Virus genome (UHGV): UHGV-1366781
Strand: one strand, 5' to 3'
From: a virus
DNA: 39,267 nucleotides
The position numbers and the translations under genes are program-made. The notes under the pieces were generated by a model. It searched no databases, was not told the DNA's origin, and saw only the letters and a program-made list of their open reading frames with translations. Below are positions 1-7,798 of this stretch, piece after piece. The stretch's first letter is position 1; every line of letters begins with the position of its first letter.

Positions 1-15
1 AGGGAAACCGCTAAG

Positions 16-39
16 TCTCCCTTTAGTGAGTGTTAATTA
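16..39 (-). promoter_or_regulatory. T3-type phage RNAP promoter, variant (TAATTAACACTCACTAAAGGGAGA; A instead of C at -10). Fires leftward across the window edge toward gene 4.
   Basis: Reverse-complement match to the T3 consensus at 22/23 positions. Gene 4 starts at the right edge of the window, which implies a circular or permuted assembly. Confidence 0.7.
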
Positions 40-144
40 TTCCTCGGTGTGTTCCTCCGCCTTGATTGGGTCTTTGCACTGACACTGACGTGACGGTACA
101 CGACTCTTCAACGGCTTATCACAGCGAATACAAACCATCCTCAT
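37..144 (-). CDS. small Cys-rich ORF (35 aa, CxxC..CxC) between lysozyme and primase; sits where T3 has 3.7 and T7 has 3.8
   Basis: Hand-translated (under 60 aa, so not in the ORF track): MRMVCIRCDKPLKSRVPSRQCQCKDPIKAEEHTEE. ATG at 142-144 is preceded by GAGGG. The stop TAA (37-39) lies inside the phi4-like promoter. Confidence 0.3.
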   Translation of the reverse strand: MRMVCIRCDKPLKSRVPSRQCQCKDPIKAEEHTEE

Positions 145-148
145 GGTA

Positions 149-604
149 TCACCCTCGGTCAGATGTAACCAGTTCGTTCTTCTCCCACCAGCGCTTCAAG
201 TCGAAGGACGGGCAGGCTTTGGGTGCAACGTCATGGTGAGCACGAAGGACTGAACCCTCATACTTCGCCAGCAGCGTGACCAGCAGACTACGCAGCGCTT
301 GCATTTGCGCAGGTGTAAAGTTGGCGTCGAACTTGCCTTTATCATCAATCCCACCCACGAGGCATACGCCTACGGAGTTGTGGTTGTAACCTTTCACGTG
401 GGAACCTACAGCCAGTTCATCGCGGCCTGCTTCCACAGTGCCATCACGCTTGATGATGAAGTGATATCCTACGTCTAACCAGCCCTGCTCTTTGTGCCAC
501 TGACGAATCTCACGAACGCCAATGTTCTGGCTTGGCTTGGTTGCTGAGCAATGCACAAAGATTGCCTCCGTGGTTGCTCGTGGTTTGAATTGAACTTTAG
601 CCAT
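149..604 (-). CDS. 3.5: gp3.5 lysozyme / N-acetylmuramoyl-L-alanine amidase (also inhibits RNAP)
   Basis: 151 aa, near-identical over its full length to T7 lysozyme as I recall it (MARVQFK...KACPSFDLKRWWEKNELVTSDRG). Confidence 0.95.
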   Translation of the reverse strand: MAKVQFKPRATTEAIFVHCSATKPSQNIGVREIRQWHKEQGWLDVGYHFIIKRDGTVEAGRDELAVGSHVKGYNHNSVGVCLVGGIDDKGKFDANFTPAQMQALRSLLVTLLAKYEGSVLRAHHDVAPKACPSFDLKRWWEKNELVTSDRG

Positions 605-1058
605 TTTTCTTTACTCCTTTCTTAGTCTTAAATTTATCGAACGGAACCTCCTTCTTGGGTTCTTTGAGCCACGCCACTGGTATCAGCTTGTCAGCAAACA
701 GAATGCCATGCTTCTCGCACCACTCACCGTAGCTTGTTGGGCTACCCTTGTAGAGCTTTGAGCGGCTGCTTGAGAAGACCAAGCGGATATCCAGTTCAGG
801 GTGTTGCTCACGAATCAAAAGGTGTTTCTTGCGGTCATCGGAATCCCACAACCCTTTGGTCTCAATAAAGATGCCATTAGGTAGCAGGAAATCTGGAGTG
901 TATAAGTGGTCACTCGCAGGGATGACGTAAGGGATACGCCAAAGTTCATAGTCGAACTTAATTCCCTTACTCTCAAGCTGCTTTGAGACTTTATCCTCTA
1001 GGCCGGAACGGAATGCTCCGACCTTGCGTACACCTCGCGCAGCGTATGCGCCAGCCAT
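597..1058 (-). CDS. 3: gp3 endonuclease I (Holliday-junction resolvase)
   Basis: 153 aa; N-terminus and core match T7 gp3 (MAG..RKVGAFRSGLEDKVSKQLESKGIKF...). Start overlaps the 2.5 stop as TAATG; its own stop overlaps the 3.5 start. Confidence 0.95.
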   Translation of the reverse strand: MAGAYAARGVRKVGAFRSGLEDKVSKQLESKGIKFDYELWRIPYVIPASDHLYTPDFLLPNGIFIETKGLWDSDDRKKHLLIREQHPELDIRLVFSSSRSKLYKGSPTSYGEWCEKHGILFADKLIPVAWLKEPKKEVPFDKFKTKKGVKKNG

Positions 1059-1756
1059 TAGAAGTCCTCGTCATCATCCGGGGTTTCTTCGTGCTCGTCT
1101 TCCTGCCACTCCTGCTCATCGCGGGACTGACGGGATTCACTCGCAGTGTAACCACCATCTTCGACTTCATCGGCCCACTCATCGTCACCACCACCACCGA
1201 AGGTAGCCAGTTCGACCAGCATCACGGACTCCAGTTGCAGCTTGACGCTTGCGCCCACAGCGGTGTTCCACTTGTAAGGCACCAGAGAGTATTTCACTTT
1301 CAGCTTAGAGCCGCCGCCGATAATCGGAACGTCCTGAATCTTCTTGCCCTTGCTATCTACCACGACCAGATTAATGTGTTTGGTCTCTTTGGTCTTCTTG
1401 TCTTGGAAAGACGCATAGCATTTGAACTTGAAGGTAGTCGTACCGTCACCGTTATCGAAGAACGGCATGTCGCCCTCGTAAGGTTTCAGCGGTTTCTTAC
1501 CACGCTGTGCCTGAGGCGGGTTAGCTTCGAACTCTTCCACGGCAGCAGCATAAGCCTCTTCGTGAGTCTTCACGATTTCATCGACCATCGCCTGACAGCG
1601 CGGGTCTTTATTGGAAAGAGTCAGGTCTACCTTATAGATACCACGAGGGTTGCCGAAGCCACGCTCTTCGTTGCCATAATCCGGCTTACTCAGGTAAGCA
1701 TAAGGCTCAGCAGTGCCAAGACCAGAGGTGTAGATTTTCTTCTTGAAACCAGCCAT
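1058..1756 (-). CDS. 2.5: gp2.5 ssDNA-binding protein
   Basis: 232 aa; matches T7 gp2.5 core (TAEPYAY..KPDYGNEERGFGNPRG..KFKCYASFQDKKTKETKHINLVVVDSKGKK), with the acidic C-terminal tail ending ..DDDEDF. Confidence 0.95.
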   Translation of the reverse strand: MAGFKKKIYTSGLGTAEPYAYLSKPDYGNEERGFGNPRGIYKVDLTLSNKDPRCQAMVDEIVKTHEEAYAAAVEEFEANPPQAQRGKKPLKPYEGDMPFFDNGDGTTTFKFKCYASFQDKKTKETKHINLVVVDSKGKKIQDVPIIGGGSKLKVKYSLVPYKWNTAVGASVKLQLESVMLVELATFGGGGDDEWADEVEDGGYTASESRQSRDEQEWQEDEHEETPDDDEDF

Positions 1757-1786
1757 GATGTTTCTCCTTTGTTGTTAGTGATTGGG

Positions 1787-1811
1787 TTGTTCCCTTTAGT
1801 GAGGGTAATTA
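1787..1811 (-). promoter_or_regulatory. T3-type promoter upstream of 2.5 (phi2.5), with a 1-nt deletion in the -12..-17 AT-rich part and GGGAAC at +1..+6
   Basis: CCTAATTACCCTCACTAAAGGGAAC read on the minus strand. Confidence 0.55.
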
Positions 1812-2045
1812 GGCTTTCACTTCTGGACGGATGCGGCTCACAATGAAGCCAGCGTCCTCGTAATGTTCAGCCTGTAGTGTTGCCTCTTCGAGAGACCGGG
1901 CGAATACCGGAACCTCAAAGGACTCGGTGTTTCCTTCTATCGTCAGAAGGTATTTCTGTTCTGAGTACATGCAGCGATTTGCGCATGAGTGGTTCTCCAT
2001 CCCTACGTCCTTCGCGTACTGGCACCCGTTGTTACACTGGCTCAT
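1809..2045 (-). CDS. 2: gp2, inhibitor of host RNA polymerase, with a Cys-rich N-terminal extension
   Basis: C-terminal 45 aa match T7 gp2 (..[15 protein letters not shown]..). ATG at 2043-2045 overlaps the 1.8 stop as ATGA. The true start could be internal. Confidence 0.7.
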   Translation of the reverse strand: MSQCNNGCQYAKDVGMENHSCANRCMYSEQKYLLTIEGNTESFEVPVFARSLEEATLQAEHYEDAGFIVSRIRPEVKA

Positions 2046-2179
2046 TTATTGGCCTCCTTAAAGCGCCGCTCCCACAGCGCGTACAGTTGTTGATAGGCGT
2101 TGGCTGCGGCCTCGTCACCAGCCTCAATAGCTTGGTTCCACTTAGCGGCACACCAATCACAGCATTCACGAAGCGTCAT
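2042..2179 (-). CDS. 1.8: gp1.8-like small protein (45 aa)
   Basis: The ORF track gives 2042..2275, but its first 110 nt overlap 1.7 out of frame. The internal ATG at 2177-2179 ([15 protein letters not shown]..) sits 9 nt after the 1.7 stop. Position and size match T7 1.8. Confidence 0.5.
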   Translation of the reverse strand: MTLRECCDWCAAKWNQAIEAGDEAAANAYQQLYALWERRFKEANK

Positions 2180-2636
2180 AACACAGCCCCCGGTGTTTGT
2201 CAAAGAGTTCCTGATAGAATGCAGCTTTATTGAGGTCTTTCTCCATAGTTGCCAGTTCGGATTTCTTGCCAGCACGCAGGCGATACTTAAGGATGTTCCC
2301 TAAGCAGTACCCACGGAACGCCTCGACTGTCATTGACCGGGCGATAACCTCAATGGCTTCCACGTTGTCGAACAGCATGTAGTGGTTCGGGTGGGTCACG
2401 TCAGACTTGACTTCTGACTTCTGTGCTTCCACGTTCGGGCCGACTTTAGGTAGTGGGATTAGTACGGAAGGATGTACCTCAGCCTCACGAATACCGAAAC
2501 GAACCTTGACTCGACCAGTGTGAGAGTAGCCCTGCACTGTTCCGGTCAGACCCTTGAACAAAGGGTTCGCTCCTGAATAACGAACGGCAGAGTTAACCGG
2601 GAAGCGGCTACGCATATCATAATATTCCTGTAACAT
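2166..2636 (-). CDS. 1.7: gp1.7 (nucleotide kinase family in T7); shorter N-terminus than T7
   Basis: 156 aa; the C-terminal ~70 aa match T7 gp1.7 (PNHYMLFDNVEAIEVIARSMTVEAFRGYCLGNILKYRLRAGKKSELA). Confidence 0.8.
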   Translation of the reverse strand: MLQEYYDMRSRFPVNSAVRYSGANPLFKGLTGTVQGYSHTGRVKVRFGIREAEVHPSVLIPLPKVGPNVEAQKSEVKSDVTHPNHYMLFDNVEAIEVIARSMTVEAFRGYCLGNILKYRLRAGKKSELATMEKDLNKAAFYQELFDKHRGLCYDAS

Positions 2637-2893
2637 TACAGCACCTCCTTAATCCACTTAGCGAACAGACGGATGCGAGGCCAGTAAGTGACCACGGCTT
2701 CCAGATGCGGGCGCTCTTTGTTCATCGCCTTAATGAACTCTCCACGAGTGATCAGTAGGTGAACACGCGGCGATAATGGGACGACCGAACCAATAAGAGG
2801 CAGCTTGGCGTTGCGCTCAGAGGCCACTGCTGTAGAGCGGTCTTCACGGCGAACCGAAAAGATACCGTTTGATGTGTTGAAGTGTAAACGCAT
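2636..2893 (-). CDS. 1.6: gp1.6 hypothetical early protein
   Basis: 85 aa ORF in the gene 1.6 position, similar in size to T7 gp1.6 (88 aa). Start ATG at 2891-2893; the 1.5 stop TAA forms part of its SD (TAAGGAGA). Confidence 0.65.
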   Translation of the reverse strand: MRLHFNTSNGIFSVRREDRSTAVASERNAKLPLIGSVVPLSPRVHLLITRGEFIKAMNKERPHLEAVVTYWPRIRLFAKWIKEVL

Positions 2894-2905
2894 TATGTTG
2901 TCTCC

Positions 2906-2983
2906 TTAACAATCAGGCCAAATGTTGTCGTCGGCAACCATTAATCCCAGCGTTGCGACGATAGCGAATAGGATAAGCCACAT
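2906..2983 (-). CDS. 1.5: gp1.5-like micro-ORF (25 aa, hydrophobic)
   Basis: Hand-read: MWLILFAIVATLGLMVADDNIWPDC. AGGAGA lies 7 nt upstream, directly downstream of the phi1.5 promoter. Position matches T7 gene 1.5 (29 aa). Confidence 0.45.
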   Translation of the reverse strand: MWLILFAIVATLGLMVADDNIWPDC

Positions 2984-2991
2984 GGTGTGTG

Positions 2992-3014
2992 TCTCCTGTT
3001 AGTGAGGGTTAATA
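2992..3014 (-). promoter_or_regulatory. T3-type promoter phi1.5 (TATTAACCCTCACTAACAGGAGA)
   Basis: Core CCCTCACTAA conserved; immediately downstream of the TE terminator and upstream of the 1.5 micro-ORF. Confidence 0.7.
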
Positions 3015-3020
3015 CCGCTG

Positions 3021-3052
3021 AACGAAGAAAGGCCCACCCGTGAAGGTGAGCC
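3021..3052 (-). terminator. TE, intrinsic terminator for host RNAP after ligase gene 1.3
   Basis: Minus strand CTGGCTCACCTTCACGGGTGGGCCTTTCTTCG: GC hairpin plus U-tract, matching T7 TE (CTGGCTCACCTTCGGGTGGGCCTTTCTGCG). Confidence 0.8.
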
Positions 3053-3062
3053 AGTGAGTTGG

Positions 3063-4109
3063 TTACATTTTCTCTTGAGGGTTGTCCTCAGTGCCTCGGA
3101 ACTTCTCGAAGCTAGGGTGACGCAGGGAGCCGTCCGGGGTCTCTTCCATATAGTTGACCTGACAGGCCCACCCGTTGTAGAAGTCTTCACCGTGGGCTTT
3201 AACGTTGGCTGTGAACTCGTCCATCAGTGCGCGAGAGATGTTGTTGGCGTCTACTAAACGACCAGTCTCAAGAAGCACACTAAAGCCTATCACTTTACCC
3301 TCGTTGGCTAACCCTTCGGTTCCCCAATTGACACCCTGAATGATACCGTCAGCTTCACACTCAGGCTTGAGCTTCCACCAGCCAGACTTCTTGCCTCGCT
3401 TATAGATGCCCTGCGGGTCTTTCACAATGAGACCCTCATGACCTTCGGCACGCTTCTCTTCGTACAATTCAGTCAGCGAATCCATATCGTAGACCTCGTA
3501 GGTCTCAGCGATAAGCCACTCGATTTCCGGGAAGTATTCAACCAGAAGAGAGCGCATGGCTTCCACATGATACGGCATCAGCAGGTTCTGTACATCGTAG
3601 TCCTCGCCAGACTCCGCAATGTGAATCGGCATGACCGCATACAGGCGCACGCTCAGGCGCTTAGTGTCCAACTCAAAGGCGGTGCGAACCCGTTTAGCTA
3701 CTCCCACCTTACGTGGCTTGAGCATGTCTGGTGTGACCATTACGTTATGGAACTCGGCGTTATCCTTCTTGAGCCACTTGGTACGCAGCAGGCCAGACCC
3801 GGTGTTGAAGTCTACACCTTTGACCATCAGTTCGCCATCCAGCATGAAGCCATCCGGGAAGATGCAGCGGTCATCGTTCAGTAGTTGTTGCCAGCGCTTA
3901 TCGAATCCGTTAAGGTGCTCAAGCGCCGGAATCAGCTTGCCTACACGTGAAAGCCATGCAGCCTCAGCCACGTTGTCAACCACGATGTTACCGCGCACAC
4001 CATCGTACTTAATGTCCGCAATCAGGTAGCCGGAGGTCTCCAGCGCTTTCTTAACGGCAGACTCTACGAATGACACAGCTTTGAATGGGTTGGTATTGAA
4101 GATGTTCAT
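3063..4109 (-). CDS. 1.3: gp1.3 ATP-dependent DNA ligase
   Basis: Matches T7 ligase (NPFKAVSFVESAIKKAL..GYLIA.IKYDGVRGN; the K in KYDG is the adenylation lysine). I chose the ATG at 4107-4109 (MNIFNTNPF..) with AGGAAC upstream, rather than the track start at 4124. Confidence 0.95.
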   Translation of the reverse strand: MNIFNTNPFKAVSFVESAVKKALETSGYLIADIKYDGVRGNIVVDNVAEAAWLSRVGKLIPALEHLNGFDKRWQQLLNDDRCIFPDGFMLDGELMVKGVDFNTGSGLLRTKWLKKDNAEFHNVMVTPDMLKPRKVGVAKRVRTAFELDTKRLSVRLYAVMPIHIAESGEDYDVQNLLMPYHVEAMRSLLVEYFPEIEWLIAETYEVYDMDSLTELYEEKRAEGHEGLIVKDPQGIYKRGKKSGWWKLKPECEADGIIQGVNWGTEGLANEGKVIGFSVLLETGRLVDANNISRALMDEFTANVKAHGEDFYNGWACQVNYMEETPDGSLRHPSFEKFRGTEDNPQEKM

Positions 4110-4139
4110 ACGGTTGTTCCTCATTGGTTGAAAGTTAAT

Positions 4140-4183
4140 AAGTTCGAATCACAAAGGCCACTCGTTAAAGTGACCTTGAGGAT
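4140..4183 (-). promoter_or_regulatory. RNase III processing site R1.3
   Basis: Shared motif aatcacaaaggccac..(loop)..gtgaccttgag; an imperfect hairpin between 1.2 and 1.3. Confidence 0.65.
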
Positions 4184-4206
4184 TCTCCTGTTAGTGAGGG
4201 TTATTA
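4184..4206 (-). promoter_or_regulatory. T3-type promoter phi1.3 (TAATAACCCTCACTAACAGGAGA)
   Basis: Sits between the RNase III site R1.3 and the ligase gene. Confidence 0.7.
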
Positions 4207-4482
4207 CTTCCAGTGTTTCAAATCACTGTGAACCTTACGGAGCCATGCAGTCTGCGCGTTGATTTGTACATCGCTGTCGCTATGCTCGAAGGTTCTGGAT
4301 GCCACCGGATGCCCGGAGCGTGTGAACACACGGAGAACCTCACCGGATGACCTGCACATCTTCGCTGGGTTTTCATAGCTGAACGACTCCACCTTCACGG
4401 TCACGTCATGGTCTTCCTGTAGACGCGCTACCGCATCTTTGTAATCGTTCAGGTTGCCGCTATAGATACGTCCCATCATCAT
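4204..4482 (-). CDS. 1.2: gp1.2 (inhibitor of host dGTPase in T7)
   Basis: Matches T7 gp1.2 (MGRLYSGNL...; ends ..DLKHWK). The track start is GTG at 4491. The first ATG at 4480-4482 overlaps the 1.1 stop as TAATG and has GGGAG upstream. Confidence 0.85.
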   Translation of the reverse strand: MMMGRIYSGNLNDYKDAVARLQEDHDVTVKVESFSYENPAKMCRSSGEVLRVFTRSGHPVASRTFEHSDSDVQINAQTAWLRKVHSDLKHWK

Positions 4483-4622
4483 TAGTTCCACTCCCGTTTC
4501 TGTGAGTTACCGCGCTGTTGCTTGTGGCGTTTCTTCATGCGGTCACGGCGCTCTTGCCACTGTTCGCCATGCTCGTTGACCACTGAATCGCGCTTGGTAA
4601 ATTTCTCAAAGTTGGTACGCAT
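4482..4622 (-). CDS. 1.1: gp1.1 small basic protein (46 aa)
   Basis: Hand-read MRTNFEKFTKRDSVVNEHGEQWQERRDRMKKRHKQQRGNSQKREWN; resembles T7 gp1.1 (MRNFEKMTKR...). GAGGT lies 8 nt upstream. Confidence 0.7.
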   Translation of the reverse strand: MRTNFEKFTKRDSVVNEHGEQWQERRDRMKKRHKQQRGNSQKREWN

Positions 4623-4654
4623 AGTATCTTACCTCATGTTGATGTGTATTGAAA

Positions 4655-4692
4655 GTTAATCACAAAGGCCACCGCTGGTGATGACCTTAAGT
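4655..4692 (-). promoter_or_regulatory. RNase III processing site R1.1
   Basis: aatcacaaaggccaccgctggtgatgaccttaag. Confidence 0.65.
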
Positions 4693-4696
4693 TTAA

Positions 4697-4720
4697 CTCT
4701 CCCGTTAGTGAGGGTTAACT
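4697..4720 (-). promoter_or_regulatory. T3-type promoter phi1.1 (AGTTAACCCTCACTAACGGGAGAG)
   Basis: Upstream of gene 1.1, after the RNase III site. Confidence 0.75.
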
Positions 4721-4987
4721 GTATGTCCGTTCGATACGACCACACGTTGAACCTTCCGGGTAGTAGAAGGATTTCGTTTCGTTGTCCTCAGTGGTCTGGA
4801 AGATGACCATCCCGGAGGACGTTGAGTAACATTCCAACTTCGTGACCACCTTACCGCACGGCCCTAAGCCTAACCTAAATTCAGTCTTGCGGAGGTCATC
4901 ACTACCTGGCATCCAAGCGTAGAACTTAATGGAAGTCAAGCGGTTTAACTTAAAGATGTTCTTAAAGAAAGTCTTAATGTTAATCAT
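4715..4987 (-). CDS. 1.05: gp1.05-like hypothetical protein
   Basis: 90 aa ORF between gene 1 and 1.1, immediately downstream of a T3-type promoter. T3 and phiYeO3-12 carry gene 1.05 here; T7 does not. Confidence 0.55.
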   Translation of the reverse strand: MINIKTFFKNIFKLNRLTSIKFYAWMPGSDDLRKTEFRLGLGPCGKVVTKLECYSTSSGMVIFQTTEDNETKSFYYPEGSTCGRIERTYS

Positions 4988-5037
4988 AAATTTAATCTCT
5001 TAGTACCTAAAGTGTCTTAAAGTGGGAGACCTTAAGT

Positions 5038-5062
5038 AGTCTCCCGTTAGTGAGGGTTAATG
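5038..5062 (-). promoter_or_regulatory. T3-type promoter downstream of gene 1 (phi1.05/1.1A equivalent); the +1 region folds into a GGGAGAC..GTCTCCC hairpin
   Basis: CATTAACCCTCACTAACGGGAGACTACTTAAGGTCTCCC read on the minus strand. Confidence 0.75.
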
Positions 5063-5073
5063 CTAAGTGCTTG

Positions 5074-7728
5074 TTATGCAAAGGCAAAGTCAGACTTGAG
5101 AATGTCTTGCAGGTTCAGGTTCCCTTTCTTCGGAAGAGGAGGCATCTTGTCCAGTTGGGTCTCGTGTAGCTGGTCTGCAAACTGGTCATAGAAGTCTGCC
5201 AGCACATCGTTGTTCTCATAGGTTATAACCATCGTTTCACGCACAGCCTTAAAGAGCTTACCAGCGTCTGCCGGGATAGTCCCAAAGCTGTCATGGATGA
5301 GCGCAAAGGACTCAATACCATACTTCTCGTGAGCATAAACTACTGTCATGCGGAGGTGGCTACCGTCTTGTGAGTGAACAAAGTTAGGCGCGATGCCAGA
5401 CTCCTGCTTGTGTGCGTCAATGCCTGAATCCTTGAGGGTATTAATCGTCGGTTGCAGACGGAATTGCCCTAAGAAAATCATATCGAGACGCTTCTGGAGT
5501 GGCTTGCGGTATTCCTGCCAGACCGGGAAGCCGTCCGGCGTAGTCCAGTGAACCGCGCAACGGTGGCGCAGAATCTCCTTGGTCTTCTTGTCCTTGACCT
5601 CAGCAGCCAGCAGCTTAGCGGCAGACTTGAGCCAGTTCATCGCCTCAACCGCTGCGACTACGGTCACGCTCACCGCGTCCCAAATCAGCTTAGCCATATA
5701 GCCAGCCGCTTGGTTAGGTTGGGTGAACATCAAGCCCTTACCGCTGTCAATCGCAGGCTGAATGGTGTCGTCCAGTACCTGTTGACGAAAGCCGAACTCC
5801 TTGGAACCGTAAGCCAGCGTCATGACCGAACGTTTAGTTACGCTACGGGTTACACCGTATGCCAGCCACTGTTGCGCCAGCGTTGAGGTTCCCAGCTTGA
5901 GCTTCTCAGAGATTTCCCCGGTGTCCTTGTCGGTCACGGTAATCATCTCGTTAGGTGTGCCGTTGATTGCATCCTGTTTGAGAATCTCGTTTACTTTCTG
6001 TGCAACGATTCCGTAAATGTCCTGCACGGTTTCGCTTGGCAGCAGGTTAACCGCACGACCGCCTACCTCATCGCGGAGCATCGCGGAGAAGTGCTGGATA
6101 CCAGAGCAAGACCCGTCGAACGCCAGCGGCAGAGAGCAATTGTAGCTCAGACCGTGGTGCGCAACGCCTGCATACTCGAAGCAGAACGCTAGGAAACAGA
6201 AAGGTGAATCCTGCTCGGCCCACCAAGTGTTATTGATTGGGTCTTTAGCGCAAGCCAGAATGTCGTCTACGTGCTTCTCAATGAACGCGATGCGCTCAGG
6301 GAAAGGCACCTTATCGACACCCGCACAGTTCGCACCGTGGATTTTCAGCCAGTAGAAACCTTCCTCACCGATTGGCTTTCCTTTAGCGAGGGTCAGCAGA
6401 CCTTTCGTCATGTCGTTGCCCTGCGGGTTGAACATCGGCACAGCGTACACACGCCCGCGCCAGTCCATGTTGTAAGGGAACCAGATTGCTTTCTTGTTTG
6501 CAAACTTGTTGGCCTGCTCCAGCATGAACTCTAAGCTGATACGGCGAGACACTCGTGCCTTGTCCAAGCGGTAGACACCAGCAGCGGCTTTCTTCCACTC
6601 CTTGAGTGCTGCCTCGTTGGTGTCAATGTCGTCCGGCTTAGGTGGTAACTCTTGGCGCTCCAGCGATGGAATGTCCGCTACCGGGCAGTTCTTCCAGTTC
6701 ACAATCTCGTTGACAACCGCGAGGACTTTCTTGTTGATTTTCCATGCGGTGTTCTGTGCGATGTTGACCGCCTTGTATACTTCTGGCATGTAAACATCCT
6801 CATAGCGCATCAGTCCCTTCTTAGAGTGAGTGCGAATGAGCGCCAAAGGTCTGCGACCGTTCGCCCAATAGCCGCCACCTGTGATTGATACCCAAGGTTT
6901 CGGCGGTACTACACACGGTTGGAACATCGGAGAGATGCCAGCCAGTGCTCCTGCACGCTTCGCTAACACATCGACGTACTCTTGGGCCAGTTGCAGTGCC
7001 TCATGGTCAGAGCCTGCGTTGCCTGCATTGTGGCGCTGTAATTCCACCAGACCTGTGGATTCAATCAGCATTTCAATCAGGCGAATCCCTACGTGCATCG
7101 TGGTTTCTTTATCCCAGCTAGACCACGCCTCACCTCCCAGCAGCCCGCGACCAATCATATCGGCCTCGACCACCTGCATAAAGGCTTTCTTGTAGACTTG
7201 CCCGTGGCGCTTGTTAAGCTGTTCCTCAACGTGCTTCTTGAAGTGCTTCGCTTCGAGGTCACGGATGCGACCGAAACGTGCCTCATCCTCAATGGCCTTC
7301 CCCAGCATACCAGCAGCGGCCTGAATGGTTGTCATGTTCGTGCTGGTCAGTGACGCAAGGATGACCTTGAGTGTGATAAACGCGGAGGCTTCCGGCTTGA
7401 GTAACTGGAGCGGTGCATAGGCTACTGGCTTGCGGCCTTTCTTCGAGGCGTACTCTTCGAGCCACTCAACGATGCGTGCGGTTAACTTAGGGAGAAGTGT
7501 AGCGAGTAATGGCTTAGCGGCTGCGTTGTCTGCAATCTCACCAGCTTTCGCTTGACGCTCCAGCATCTTGAGGAAGCGGCGCTCACCTAACTCATAAGAC
7601 TCGTGCTCTAAAGCCAGTTGTTCACGAGCCAGTGCGCTGCCGTAGTGGTCTGCCAGCGTGTTGAACGGGATAGCAGCCAGTTCGATTTCAGAGAAGTCAT
7701 TCTTTTCGATAGTTTCGATGATGTTCAT
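5074..7728 (-). CDS. 1: gp1 DNA-directed RNA polymerase (single-subunit, T3-type)
   Basis: 884 aa from the ATG at 7726-7728 (MNIIETIEKNDFSEIELAAIPFNTLADHYG..), GAGG upstream. Almost residue-for-residue T3 RNAP as I recall it. The track start is a GTG 4 codons upstream. Confidence 0.98.
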   Translation of the reverse strand: MNIIETIEKNDFSEIELAAIPFNTLADHYGSALAREQLALEHESYELGERRFLKMLERQAKAGEIADNAAAKPLLATLLPKLTARIVEWLEEYASKKGRKPVAYAPLQLLKPEASAFITLKVILASLTSTNMTTIQAAAGMLGKAIEDEARFGRIRDLEAKHFKKHVEEQLNKRHGQVYKKAFMQVVEADMIGRGLLGGEAWSSWDKETTMHVGIRLIEMLIESTGLVELQRHNAGNAGSDHEALQLAQEYVDVLAKRAGALAGISPMFQPCVVPPKPWVSITGGGYWANGRRPLALIRTHSKKGLMRYEDVYMPEVYKAVNIAQNTAWKINKKVLAVVNEIVNWKNCPVADIPSLERQELPPKPDDIDTNEAALKEWKKAAAGVYRLDKARVSRRISLEFMLEQANKFANKKAIWFPYNMDWRGRVYAVPMFNPQGNDMTKGLLTLAKGKPIGEEGFYWLKIHGANCAGVDKVPFPERIAFIEKHVDDILACAKDPINNTWWAEQDSPFCFLAFCFEYAGVAHHGLSYNCSLPLAFDGSCSGIQHFSAMLRDEVGGRAVNLLPSETVQDIYGIVAQKVNEILKQDAINGTPNEMITVTDKDTGEISEKLKLGTSTLAQQWLAYGVTRSVTKRSVMTLAYGSKEFGFRQQVLDDTIQPAIDSGKGLMFTQPNQAAGYMAKLIWDAVSVTVVAAVEAMNWLKSAAKLLAAEVKDKKTKEILRHRCAVHWTTPDGFPVWQEYRKPLQKRLDMIFLGQFRLQPTINTLKDSGIDAHKQESGIAPNFVHSQDGSHLRMTVVYAHEKYGIESFALIHDSFGTIPADAGKLFKAVRETMVITYENNDVLADFYDQFADQLHETQLDKMPPLPKKGNLNLQDILKSDFAFA

Positions 7729-7798
7729 TGCTTGCCTCACTATGGATAAATCGTTCCTATTCAGGCCACCTCATGATGACCTGTAAGAAAAGACTCTA

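Noticed and set aside
983-1846. 287-aa plus-strand ORF
   Set aside because: Antisense to the well-conserved genes 2.5 and 3. No SD and no homology. Mirror-strand ORFs of this kind are expected in coding-dense, codon-biased phage DNA. The same applies to the other plus-strand ORFs in the track, for example 3438..3884, 5548..5886, 13629..14066, 26862..27317, 28184..28609, 29363..30265, 32066..32671, 33097..33828.
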